Of a DNA stretch of 64,000 bases, positions 43,468 to 52,198 are shown piece after piece. Made by a program: the position numbers and the translations under genes. The stretch's first letter is position 1. Each line of letters opens with the position of its first letter. A model generated the notes under the pieces. That model was not told the origin of the DNA. It saw only the letters and a list, made by a program, of their open reading frames with translations, and did not search any database. The DNA is from Nitrososphaerota archaeon (GTDB taxonomy: Archaea > Thermoproteota > Nitrososphaeria > Nitrososphaerales > JACQRY01), in assembly GCA_016184315.1 (NCBI GenBank), contig JACPCU010000009.1:13330-77329 (forward strand), read 5' to 3'.

Positions 43468-44008
43468 AGTAAAGACTGTAAAGACTCACCACAAGTATCG
43501 ATGAAAAGAACTTAGTGGCGAACACAAGGTTCCAAGGCGTCTGAGGATTAGGAAACTTGTTAGCAAGAATATCAGGGTTAACGTTCCCAGTGATGGCTTG
43601 ATAAGTCATTAGGCTACCCCAGATGGTAAAGTTGTAGTAAACCTCGTAGGCTGAAACTGCAGCCAAAACAAACGCTACAAGCTTAGCAACACTAATGGCT
43701 CCAACAGGAAGCCTAGAGAACCTCTGCCTAAACGACTCGAGGAAAGTAAACCAGAAGGTAATGATGGCAACATAAAGCCAAGTAACAGGCTTAGCATAGA
43801 CTGGAAAATACTCAGGCCCAGGAAACTCAAATGGCGCCCTCGAAGGAAGATTCACTAATGTTTCGCCCACTGCCTCATAACCAAAGTAGAAAGTTGCGAA
43901 GACCGCGTAAAGAGCTAGAACCGAAACTATCGCAGCGGACATGAACATCAAGAGACGGTAGACACGCTCAGCTCTGGTTTCACCCAGCAGCCTTGTCAAC
44001 GAATCCAC
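43421..44008 (-). CDS. hypothetical multi-pass membrane protein (195 aa)
   Basis: Several TM helices. It converges on the previous ORF with a 47-nt overlap. Confidence 0.45.
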   Translation of the reverse strand: MDSLTRLLGETRAERVYRLLMFMSAAIVSVLALYAVFATFYFGYEAVGETLVNLPSRAPFEFPGPEYFPVYAKPVTWLYVAIITFWFTFLESFRQRFSRLPVGAISVAKLVAFVLAAVSAYEVYYNFTIWGSLMTYQAITGNVNPDILANKFPNPQTPWNLVFATKFFSSILVVSLYSLYFMMRMERERKSLPPV

Positions 44009-44102
44009 TACCTCTTAGCTAGTGGTAAACAGATCCCACGTAAAAACCTTGTCGCCAAAGCAGCAAAACCCTTTAAGACGCTAGTCGAACCTTCGAGTCG
44101 CC

Positions 44103-45167
44103 GTGGATCTCGAGAAGAGGCTAGACTTGGTCTCTAGACCGCCTACCGAAGAGGTCGTCGCCAGAGACGAGCTAAGACATCTCTTCGAAACAACATCACG
44201 GCCGAAACACTACATCGGCCTCGAGATCTCAGGCTTACTGCATCTTGGAAGCCTTGTGCTGACAGGCTTTAAGATCAGAGATTTCTTGGAGGCTGGAGTT
44301 GAATGCATCGTCTTTTTGGCTGATTGGCACAGCTACATCAACAACAAGTTCAGAGGCGACTGGAGCAAGATTGGGGAAGCCTCAAGATACTATGAAGAGG
44401 CTTTCAAGGCTTTCTGTCCGGGAGTCAAGATAGTGTTAGGCTCAGACCTGTATCTTAACAACAATGATTACTGGCGGGACGTAGTTCGATTCAGCAAGCA
44501 AATAACTTTGGCCAGAGCTACCAGATGCCTCACCATAATGGGGCGAAGCGAAAAAGAGAAGCTGGACTTCTCTCAATACTTGTATCCGCCTATGCAGTCA
44601 GTCGACATCCACGCAATGGACCTCGACATCGCTCATGCAGGCATGGATCAAAGGAAGGTGCATATGCTCGCCAGAGAAGTGTTTCCACGCCTAGGCTGGA
44701 AGGTTCCTGTAGCTGTGCATCACCATCTTCTCCCAGGGCTATCAGAGCCTATCCAAACAGGGGTAGAAGAAGATGCCGAAGTAGATAAGATAATTTCAAG
44801 CAAAATGAGCAAGTCGAAACCTTGGACTGCCATCTTTATCCATGATAGTTCAGACGAAGTCAGAGGGAAGCTGAGGAAGGCTTGGTGCCCAGAGGGAGTC
44901 GTTGATCAGAACCCTATTCTAGATCTGGCGAAAAACTTGGTGTTCCACGAGAAAACGGTGATGAACGTGGAACGCCCCCCCAAATTCGGAGGCACAGTGT
45001 CATTCGATGGATACGACACTCTTGAAGCGGCCTACAGGGAGAGGAAGATTCATCCAGCTGATCTGAAGACCGCTATGGCAAAAGAGATCGACTCGATCAT
45101 TTCCCCCATCAGGAAACACTTTGAGGAGAGATCCGGTCTGCTGGATGTCTTTAGAAGTGAAGCCTAG
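44103..45167 (+). CDS. tyrS: tyrosine--tRNA ligase (class I; TrpRS not fully excluded)
   Basis: 354 aa. The HIGH-like motif is LEISGLLHLGS, FLADWHSYINNK is present, YPPMQSVDIH follows, and the KMSKS motif is intact (SKMSKSKP). Confidence 0.65.
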   Translation: MDLEKRLDLVSRPPTEEVVARDELRHLFETTSRPKHYIGLEISGLLHLGSLVLTGFKIRDFLEAGVECIVFLADWHSYINNKFRGDWSKIGEASRYYEEAFKAFCPGVKIVLGSDLYLNNNDYWRDVVRFSKQITLARATRCLTIMGRSEKEKLDFSQYLYPPMQSVDIHAMDLDIAHAGMDQRKVHMLAREVFPRLGWKVPVAVHHHLLPGLSEPIQTGVEEDAEVDKIISSKMSKSKPWTAIFIHDSSDEVRGKLRKAWCPEGVVDQNPILDLAKNLVFHEKTVMNVERPPKFGGTVSFDGYDTLEAAYRERKIHPADLKTAMAKEIDSIISPIRKHFEERSGLLDVFRSEA

Positions 45168-45829
45168 TGCAATCATCACCTCCCCAAGCTAACGATGTAG
45201 CAATCGGAATAGACGCTGAGGTCTTGAAGTGTCACGAAGAGCTATTCTTGTTACCAAGAGCTAGTCAAGTCAAGGTTCTATCCGAGTATAACACTCAAAC
45301 GGCTCTTCTACATCTGCGCCAAGTCTCTCACTTCAAACTGGAGGAATTGAAGGATCAACCTATAGTGAGAGCCTTCAGAGACTTCTACTGGAGGATCGGA
45401 GTTGATCCAACTAAGGTGAGGCCTGCCAGCGAAGCTTTGGTGAGACGGTTCCTGTCATCTGGGGTTCTACCCAAGATCAATAGTGTGGTTGATGCCGGTA
45501 ACTTTGCGTCGATTGAAACTTTGATTCCTATCGGTATCTATGATATGGCTCATATGCATGGCCAGACTGTCCTGAGGAAGGCGAAGACGGGGGAATCTAT
45601 GGTGGACATATCTGGGGTAGAAAGGAAGCTTGACAGTGGCGACATAGTGTTGGCCGATGAAGCTGGTCCGTTACACATCTTTCCCCATAGGGATTCTCGC
45701 CGCACAATGGTTACCCTGAGGACTAACCGCGTGTTGGTGGTCGGCTGCGGTGTCAAGGGGGTGGATGCTTCTCTGGTATCTAGGGCGGTTAGCAGAACAT
45801 TGGATCTTATCGCAGAGTTTGCGCATTGA
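45167..45829 (+). CDS. B3/B4 tRNA-binding-domain protein
   Basis: 220 aa. FRDFYWRIGVDPTKVRPASEALVRR and INSVVDAGNFASIETLIPIGIYD resemble the PheRS-beta B3/B4 domain. The gene is translationally coupled to tyrS. Confidence 0.6.
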   Translation: MQSSPPQANDVAIGIDAEVLKCHEELFLLPRASQVKVLSEYNTQTALLHLRQVSHFKLEELKDQPIVRAFRDFYWRIGVDPTKVRPASEALVRRFLSSGVLPKINSVVDAGNFASIETLIPIGIYDMAHMHGQTVLRKAKTGESMVDISGVERKLDSGDIVLADEAGPLHIFPHRDSRRTMVTLRTNRVLVVGCGVKGVDASLVSRAVSRTLDLIAEFAH

Positions 45830-45832
45830 AAA

Positions 45833-46564
45833 ATGACTACCGTAGTAGTTGTCATCCCGACCTATAACGAAAAAGAGAATATTACAAATCTGCTTCTCAA
45901 AGTGAAATCTGTTCTCAACACTGCGGGGTATGAAGGCCATGTGCTTGTTGTTGATGACTCTAGTCCCGATGATACAGGTGAGGCTGTGGTGGAGGTAAGT
46001 AAGGCTGATGCATCCATACGCCTGCTGGAGAGGGATGAGAAGAAGGGTTTAGGTTCGGCGTATCTTGATGGCTTCAGATACGTTTTGAAGTCTATGACGC
46101 CTGATGTTCTGGTTCAGATGGACGCCGATTTCTCTCATCCTCCTGACTCTCTCCCAGACCTAGTCGAGGCTATTAGAAACGGTGCAGACGTGGCTATAGG
46201 CTCAAGATATGTTGAACGCGGAGGAATCGAAGGCATGTCAAGGTATAGGCGACTTGTGAGCTCAGTTGCCAACACCATGGTTCACCTGATCCTCAGATTA
46301 GCTGTTAAGGATACAACGACTGGTTTTCGTGCTCTAAGTCGAAGCGTTGCAGAAGCTATGCAGAGCTACAGTCTTAGCTCCAGAGGATATGATTACCAGA
46401 TAGAAAGCCTCTACTTCTACCTCAAACAGGGCTTTAATGTCAGAGAGGTGCCTTTCACCTACAAGCAGCGGGCTGAAGGAAAAACAAAACTGTCCGCAAA
46501 GGAGATGCTCCATTTTACTTGGACTTTGCTTAGACTTAGATTTAGAGGTCAGAGAACATCGTGA
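45833..46564 (+). CDS. GT2 dolichyl/polyprenyl-phosphate mannose (or glucose) synthase
   Basis: 243 aa. VVIPTYNEKENI, VVDDSSPDDT and QMDADFSHPP are motifs of DPM1-like GT2 enzymes. Confidence 0.75.
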   Translation: MTTVVVVIPTYNEKENITNLLLKVKSVLNTAGYEGHVLVVDDSSPDDTGEAVVEVSKADASIRLLERDEKKGLGSAYLDGFRYVLKSMTPDVLVQMDADFSHPPDSLPDLVEAIRNGADVAIGSRYVERGGIEGMSRYRRLVSSVANTMVHLILRLAVKDTTTGFRALSRSVAEAMQSYSLSSRGYDYQIESLYFYLKQGFNVREVPFTYKQRAEGKTKLSAKEMLHFTWTLLRLRFRGQRTS

Positions 46565-46633
46565 ATAGCGGTGAAGGAAATGTCCAGATAAGACTCAAAT
46601 ACTGATTCTTTTACGGCTTGACTTGGATTATCT

Positions 46634-46804
46634 TTGAGTGAAAAGACGGCGAGTATTTCAGGAGTCGTCTACGAATGTGTACGCTGCGGGACGAGGGTCA
46701 GTGCTGAGGAGCTTGCTAAGCTCCCTGAAATCAAATGTATCTGCGGATACAGAGTGCTTAAGAAAACCCGGCCTCCAGTAGTCAAGCAGCTTAAGGCCGT
46801 GTAA
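46634..46804 (+). CDS. rpoP: DNA-directed RNA polymerase subunit P (Rpo12), not in the ORF track
   Basis: Hand translation from TTG 46634 gives MSEKTASISGVVYECVRCGTRVSAEELAKLPEIKCICGYRVLKKTRPPVVKQLKAV. It has a Y-x-C-x2-C...C-x-C-G-x-R-(I/V)-L-x-K zinc ribbon. Confidence 0.6.
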   Translation: MSEKTASISGVVYECVRCGTRVSAEELAKLPEIKCICGYRVLKKTRPPVVKQLKAV

Positions 46805-46859
46805 ACGTTAGCCTAATGTCGAATAAGACCAGGGTCTTTAGCCAAACAGTTTAATTGTC

Positions 46860-47921
46860 GTGGCTCAAGAAAGACGAAGATTCGGATTGAAGACTCATTA
46901 CGACGTAGGCATCGCAGGCTACGGCGTCTACATCCCCACCTACCGCCTGCCGACGACTGAGATCGCTCGGATCTGGAAGGGCGGTGGCGCTGGACCTAAC
47001 AAAGAGAAAGCGGTTGCCTGTATCGACGAGGACTCAGCCACCATGGCTGTTGAAGCAGCTAGAAGAGCCATGGATATGGCACAGGTGTCCAAATTAGGCG
47101 CCATCTTTGTAGGCACCGAGTCCAAACCTTACGCCGTCAAACCTACGAGCACAGTTGTCGCTCAAGCCTTGGGTCAGCATTTCGTTCTCGCAGCAGACAT
47201 GGAGTTTGCATGCAAAGCAGCCACAGAAGCTCTCCAAGTAGTGAGAGGACTTGTCGGATCAGGGATGATCGAGAACGGTTTGGCTATAGGGGTTGACACA
47301 GCCCAAGGAAGGCCTGGAGACGACTTAGAATATACCACCGGCTCAGGCGCAGCAGCTTACGTTCTCTCCCGAAGCAACCCTGACACTCTGGCTACCGTCG
47401 AAGCGGGGGTCTCCTACGTCACCGATACAGGTGACTTTTGGAGGAGACAGACAGAGAAGTATCCAAGACACCTTTCACGCTTCACCGGTGAGCCAGCTTA
47501 CTTCCACCATGTGGAAACCTCAGTCAAACAACTCTTCGAGACCTACGGTTTGAAGGCAAACGACTTCACATACGCAGTCTTCCATCAGCCTAACCCAAGG
47601 TTCCCAGTTGAAGTAGCCTACAGGCTCGGCTTCAAATTCGAGCAGATAAAGACCGGGCTGCTCAACCCGATTATTGGAAACACCTATGCTGCTAGCTCCC
47701 CTATGGGACTTGCCGCAGTCCTCGACGAAGCTAAACCAGGAGAAAGAGTACTTGTAGCATCCTTCGGCTCCGGCGCTGGAAGCGACGCCTTCTCCATCAA
47801 GATAACTGCCTCAATTGACGAGAAGCGGAAAAAGGCAGTTAAAGTAAGCGATCTCATCTCGAAGAACATCAAGATTGACTACGCTACCTACGCCAAGTTC
47901 AGAGGCAAGATTAGCAGGTAA
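46860..47921 (+). CDS. hydroxymethylglutaryl-CoA synthase (archaeal type)
   Basis: 353 aa. The thiolase-like fold has active-site context DMEFACKAAT. The gene order with thiolase and DUF35 is the known archaeal mevalonate-entry complex. Confidence 0.8.
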   Translation: MAQERRRFGLKTHYDVGIAGYGVYIPTYRLPTTEIARIWKGGGAGPNKEKAVACIDEDSATMAVEAARRAMDMAQVSKLGAIFVGTESKPYAVKPTSTVVAQALGQHFVLAADMEFACKAATEALQVVRGLVGSGMIENGLAIGVDTAQGRPGDDLEYTTGSGAAAYVLSRSNPDTLATVEAGVSYVTDTGDFWRRQTEKYPRHLSRFTGEPAYFHHVETSVKQLFETYGLKANDFTYAVFHQPNPRFPVEVAYRLGFKFEQIKTGLLNPIIGNTYAASSPMGLAAVLDEAKPGERVLVASFGSGAGSDAFSIKITASIDEKRKKAVKVSDLISKNIKIDYATYAKFRGKISR

Positions 47922-47937
47922 AGGTGACTGAACAGGG

Positions 47938-49092
47938 ATGAGTCGGGTATACGTTGCTTCAGTAGGCTATACTACTGTCGGAGATCATTGGAATAAATCT
48001 ATTCTTGACCTCGCCATAGAAGCAGGCTTCCAAGCCCTCACAGGCGCTCCTAAGGTCAAGCCTGAGCAGCTAGTAGTTGGAAACATGTTCTCAGGGCTCT
48101 CCTCTAGACAGGAGCATCTCGGCGCACTAGTGGTAAACGGTTTGGGGCTGACAGGTCTGCCTGGTTTCAAGGTAGAGGCTGCCTGCGCCTCAGGCGGCAT
48201 GGCTTCCCTCGCAGTGTTCAACATGCTCAAGGCTGGGCAGATTGACTCTGCTCTTGTCGTGGGGGTTGAAAAGATGAGGGATCTTGATCCCGGGGAAGTT
48301 TCGCAAGCCCTCTGCGCCGCGGAGAGCGCTGAATACACTCAATTCTTCGGTGCCAGCTTCGTTTCCCTAAACGCTATGCTGGCAAGGCTCTACATGTATG
48401 AGTTCGACGTTTCAAGAGACGATCTCTCCGCCTTCCCCGTCCTTGCCCACCGCAACGCCGTTAATGCTACTCACGCCCAGTTCAGGAAAGAGGTATCATA
48501 CGAAGATGTAGCAAGATCCATGGTTATCTCAGATCCCTTAAGGCTCCTTGACTGCGCCCCAGTAGGCGACGGCGCAGCGGCGCTTCTTTTGGTCAGCGAA
48601 GATCTTGCGGGGCAGGTGAAGGGTCCTCTTGTGGAGATGGCTGCTGCAGAATCAGCCACTAACCGTTTCAGCCTTTATGAGCGAGATGATATGCTCGACT
48701 TCGCGGCTACAAGGCTAGCTGCCCACAAGGCTTTGAAGTCAGCTGGGCTGAGCATAAATGACGTGGATTATTTGGAAGTGCATGACGCTTTTTCCGTGGT
48801 CGCATCCCTGAGCGTCGAGGCTCTAGGGTTGAGCAAGAAGGGTCAAGGCGCTAGAGACGCCCGCGAGGGGAAGTATGCGCGCGAAAACGGATTGGCAACG
48901 AACTGCTTCGGAGGATTGAAGGGGCGTGGACACCCTGTCGGCGCCACAGGAGTATACCAGCTAGCTGAGACTTACCTGCAATTGGCTCATAAAGCAGGAC
49001 CAAATCAGGTTGACGATGCTTCAGTGGGATTAGCTCAAAATGTTGGGGGCGTTGACACAACTGCTGTGGTTCACGTGCTCAGGAGGAGTTGA
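47938..49092 (+). CDS. acetyl-CoA acetyltransferase (thiolase)
   Basis: 384 aa. The catalytic Cys context is VEAACASGG, and the C-terminal GGLKGRGHPVGATG and NVGG motifs are present. Confidence 0.85.
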   Translation: MSRVYVASVGYTTVGDHWNKSILDLAIEAGFQALTGAPKVKPEQLVVGNMFSGLSSRQEHLGALVVNGLGLTGLPGFKVEAACASGGMASLAVFNMLKAGQIDSALVVGVEKMRDLDPGEVSQALCAAESAEYTQFFGASFVSLNAMLARLYMYEFDVSRDDLSAFPVLAHRNAVNATHAQFRKEVSYEDVARSMVISDPLRLLDCAPVGDGAAALLLVSEDLAGQVKGPLVEMAAAESATNRFSLYERDDMLDFAATRLAAHKALKSAGLSINDVDYLEVHDAFSVVASLSVEALGLSKKGQGARDAREGKYARENGLATNCFGGLKGRGHPVGATGVYQLAETYLQLAHKAGPNQVDDASVGLAQNVGGVDTTAVVHVLRRS

Positions 49093-49481
49093 AATTGAGT
49101 ATATCATATTGGAGGCTTAAGGATCGGTATTACCGTTTAGTGGGTGTAAGATGTGAAGAATGTAAGAACGAGTTTTTTCCCCCGGTCTATGTGTGTAGGC
49201 GCTGTGGGTCACGCAGCTTGACTGATAAGGAGATGCCTAAGACAGGGAAGATTCTGACCTATACTGAGCTGAAGGAGACTTTGGCTGGCTTCGAAGATCA
49301 AGAGCCTATGCTTCTGGGCATCATTCAGTTAGATAATGGGGTCAGGATTCTGGGGCAGATTGTTGACACCGCAGCGGAGAATCTGAGCATCGGGGACAGG
49401 GTTAAGGCAGTATTCAGGAAGATTCAGGAGCACGGTTCCTCAGGACAAATCTTCTACGGATACAAGTTCGTGAGAACCTAG
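49089..49481 (+). CDS. DUF35 OB-fold/zinc-ribbon scaffold protein of the thiolase-HMGCS complex
   Basis: 130 aa. It has the CEECKNEFFPPVYVCRRCGS ribbon followed by an OB fold. The gene overlaps the thiolase stop by 4 nt. Confidence 0.8.
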   Translation: MKLSISYWRLKDRYYRLVGVRCEECKNEFFPPVYVCRRCGSRSLTDKEMPKTGKILTYTELKETLAGFEDQEPMLLGIIQLDNGVRILGQIVDTAAENLSIGDRVKAVFRKIQEHGSSGQIFYGYKFVRT

Positions 49482-49486
49482 CAAAG

Positions 49487-50548
49487 CTAGGTGTGAGAAG
49501 TCTGGGTAAACCAGTCAGTGGGAATCTCTCTTCCTAATCCCTTCTTCCTCGCCTCATCATAAACTGCTTTAGCCGTAGCTGCGAACTCGATTCCCAACCC
49601 CGTGGTCTTAACAAACATGGTTATCTGCTGATTGTTCTCCCTTCCCTTATGCTCCCCTTTCAAAAGCCCAGTCAAAGTACCCATCTCTTTCCCAATATTC
49701 TCAAAGGGGTGCACATAATGAGATGGTGAGAACCTCTCTGTGTTCCCCGCGGCCCTCACCTCGCTCTTCCACAGATGACTAATTACAGCAATATCAGCTC
49801 TACTCCATGCCTCTTCATCCAACTCACTTTGAACAATACATCCCGCGTGTTGCCCCTCCTCCAACCAAGCACCCTTAACCACTGGCTCCCTAGAGCTAGT
49901 TGCAGCGGCAACAATGTCCATACCTCTAACAGCACCGATGGGTTCATCGACAGGCACAACATCCAAACCTGTCTTACTACTCATCTCTCCGCAGAAGGCT
50001 TTTCGCTTCGTGTCAGTCGGACTGTAAACCTTGACTCTCCTAATGCCTCTAATTGCGGCTATGGCCGGGATCTGGGCTCCGGCCTGCCATCCCGCTCCGA
50101 ATAAACCCAAAGTCTCAGAGTCGTTTCTAGCCATGTATTTAGCTGCTACACCGCAGGTCGCAGCAACTCTCATCCTACCTATCTCCCCATCATTCATAAT
50201 GGCCAGTAGTTCACCTGTCCCTGTGCTGTAAAGATAGATGATCCCTACATATCGCCCATTTGCAGTAACGGGAATCTCCAACTGCTTCAGTACTCCCTGT
50301 TCACTCCTCCATGCAACCTTCTCAGAATCAATCCTCTGAGCAACAACACCCATGCTCTGAATGCCGCCCTCCATGGTGACAAACCTGTATACTGTGTCAG
50401 ACTGCTCAGTAGGAAAGATCAGATCTCTCCTCGTATATGTTGGCGCCCTGCCGAACGCAAGCTCACGGTAGGCTTCTTCGCATGCCTCCACACAGCTCTT
50501 CATGTTGTATAGTTGAGAGATGTCAACGTCACTTAAGACTAGGGTCAT
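49487..50548 (-). CDS. ornithine cyclodeaminase/mu-crystallin family NAD-dependent enzyme
   Basis: 353 aa. LGLFGAGWQAGAQI is the Rossmann motif, and the family-typical N-domain is present. Confidence 0.7.
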   Translation of the reverse strand: MTLVLSDVDISQLYNMKSCVEACEEAYRELAFGRAPTYTRRDLIFPTEQSDTVYRFVTMEGGIQSMGVVAQRIDSEKVAWRSEQGVLKQLEIPVTANGRYVGIIYLYSTGTGELLAIMNDGEIGRMRVAATCGVAAKYMARNDSETLGLFGAGWQAGAQIPAIAAIRGIRRVKVYSPTDTKRKAFCGEMSSKTGLDVVPVDEPIGAVRGMDIVAAATSSREPVVKGAWLEEGQHAGCIVQSELDEEAWSRADIAVISHLWKSEVRAAGNTERFSPSHYVHPFENIGKEMGTLTGLLKGEHKGRENNQQITMFVKTTGLGIEFAATAKAVYDEARKKGLGREIPTDWFTQTSHT

Positions 50549-50819
50549 TCGCTATCCGAAACTCATCCCATCCAGATATAAGCATCTTGTTGAACAAGAG
50601 ACACTACCGAGTTATTTGCTGCCAGCATATGAACGCATAGACACCAGGGTGAATTCAGAGTCTAAATATGAAGGGGTTTCTATGCATCATGAAGGAGAAA
50701 TCAAACGAAGGTTCAGATATCACCGCCCTTCCTCAGCCGCAATCAGCGGATGATCGGCCTACCTGACAGTAGCCTGACGACTCTAGCACAGCCACAGGTT
50801 TTGATAACCCTGGACACGG

Positions 50820-50856
50820 GAAGAGTATCTTGACTGACGGCTTATATTACAAGGGG
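50820..50856 (+). repeat. copy B of the conserved ~37-nt element
   Basis: 32 of 37 positions are identical to 22671-22707. It lies ~85-110 nt upstream of the CBS-domain gene. Confidence 0.7.
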
Positions 50857-50939
50857 GCTCCTAAGATCCTACACGGAAGATAAACCATACCCATAAGAAT
50901 CATCAGAACCCAGCCACGAATCCCTTAATATCCTCGTTC

Positions 50940-51527
50940 TTGCCACCACAGGAAGGACAGAGCATGAGCACCCCAGTGGAGAAATCGGTCACAGAAATGT
51001 TGGATAAGCCCGTAGAAGCCTTCGCCAACAAAGAGGTATTCACCCTAGACGAGGAGACAAAATGCTCTGAAGCTGCCAAGCTTATGCAGAAGAAAGGAGT
51101 CGGTAGCATAATTATCACCCGAAAAGGCGAAGCCAAAGGAATCGTTACAGAAAGAGACATGGTCTACAGGCTGATCGCCCAAGGGCTACCCCCAGACAAA
51201 ACCAGTCTCAAACAAGTCATGTCCTCACCGCTAATCTCAGTCAAGAAAGGAACCAAGGTGAAAGAAGCCATAGCCATCATGGCTAAGCACGGATTCAGGA
51301 GGCTCATCGTCAAAGAAGACGGAAAGACGCTGGGAGTAATCTCACAGAGAACCATTGTCGGCGACTTAAAAGGTGAATTGACTCCACTGGCGGAACTAGA
51401 ACTACCCACGGGAGTAACATGCCCCTATTGCGGCTCTCTCTTCCCAGACCCCATGGCACTCTCCAAGCACATAGATCGCATCCATATCGGGAGCGGTCTC
51501 CTAGAGGGCGACCTCAGGAAGTGGTAG
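50940..51527 (+). CDS. CBS-pair domain protein with a C-terminal C2H2 zinc finger
   Basis: 195 aa. It has two CBS repeats (GVGSIIITRKGEAKGIVTERD; GFRRLIVKEDGKTLGVISQR) and CPYCGSLF...HIDRIH. The likely start is the ATG at 50964. Confidence 0.75.
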   Translation: MPPQEGQSMSTPVEKSVTEMLDKPVEAFANKEVFTLDEETKCSEAAKLMQKKGVGSIIITRKGEAKGIVTERDMVYRLIAQGLPPDKTSLKQVMSSPLISVKKGTKVKEAIAIMAKHGFRRLIVKEDGKTLGVISQRTIVGDLKGELTPLAELELPTGVTCPYCGSLFPDPMALSKHIDRIHIGSGLLEGDLRKW

Positions 51528-51531
51528 AGTC

Positions 51532-52161
51532 TTAGTGTCCAAGCTGCCTCTTAGACGTAAAATCAAGTATCAGAGAATTGAGAACGTCTATCTCCATTTC
51601 TAAGCGCTCCTCGACTGTCTGTGCTTCCAGCATCTTCTGCTGTTTAACTGCGTTTGCAGGAAGGATTTGAGCCAGAAGATAAGACACTGAGGCATGATCA
51701 GAATCAGCCATGGGAAGAAGACTTTGGAAAGAATGTAGAATCGAAGCTCCCGCGATGTCCACATACTTATTCAGCTTGGCTTCAACAGCCTTCCTCAGCC
51801 GCATAAGAACCACGGGATCCTCCTTAGGTTCCTCTACCCACTCCACTTTGCCTTCAAGATACGACTTGCCCCGATGCAAGTCTTGGATACGGAACCTTCT
51901 ACCCCCGAGCACAAGAAGATCGTACCTGCCATCTTGATACTCATCGGCCTGAAGGATCTTGGCTTCCGTTCCCATGTCGTGGGGGACTGCTGGCCCGCCT
52001 ACTTCATGGCCCACTTTGATGAGACATACTCAGAATGAAGAATCCTCGCTGAGGCAGAGTTTGGTTAGTGAACGATAACGCTCCTCGAACACATGTATCC
52101 TGACGCTCAGGGTGGGGAACCGGACTGTCCTCAAAGGGAAGAGAGGGAGCTGAACACTCAC
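51532..52161 (-). pseudogene. Lon N-terminal (LON substrate-binding) domain protein interrupted by one in-frame TGA (52030-52032)
   Basis: From GTG 52161 the hand translation reads VSVQLPLFPLRTVRFPTLSVRIHVFEERYRSLTKLCLSEDSSF*VCLIKVGHEVGG... in a single frame. The family consensus has FG(V/I) at the stop position. Confidence 0.6.
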
Positions 52162-52198
52162 GGTATCAATATACATGTCAACGCTAATAACTTTAACA

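Noticed and set aside
50773-50883. Copy B of the 37-nt repeat read as a coding sequence (…GKSILTDGLYYKGAPKILHGR*).
   Set aside because: There is no ATG/GTG/TTG start in that frame upstream of the conserved block (only a TTG within it), and the frame opens right after a TAG at 50770-50772. I kept it as a nucleotide-level repeat, with the peptide idea only as an alternative.
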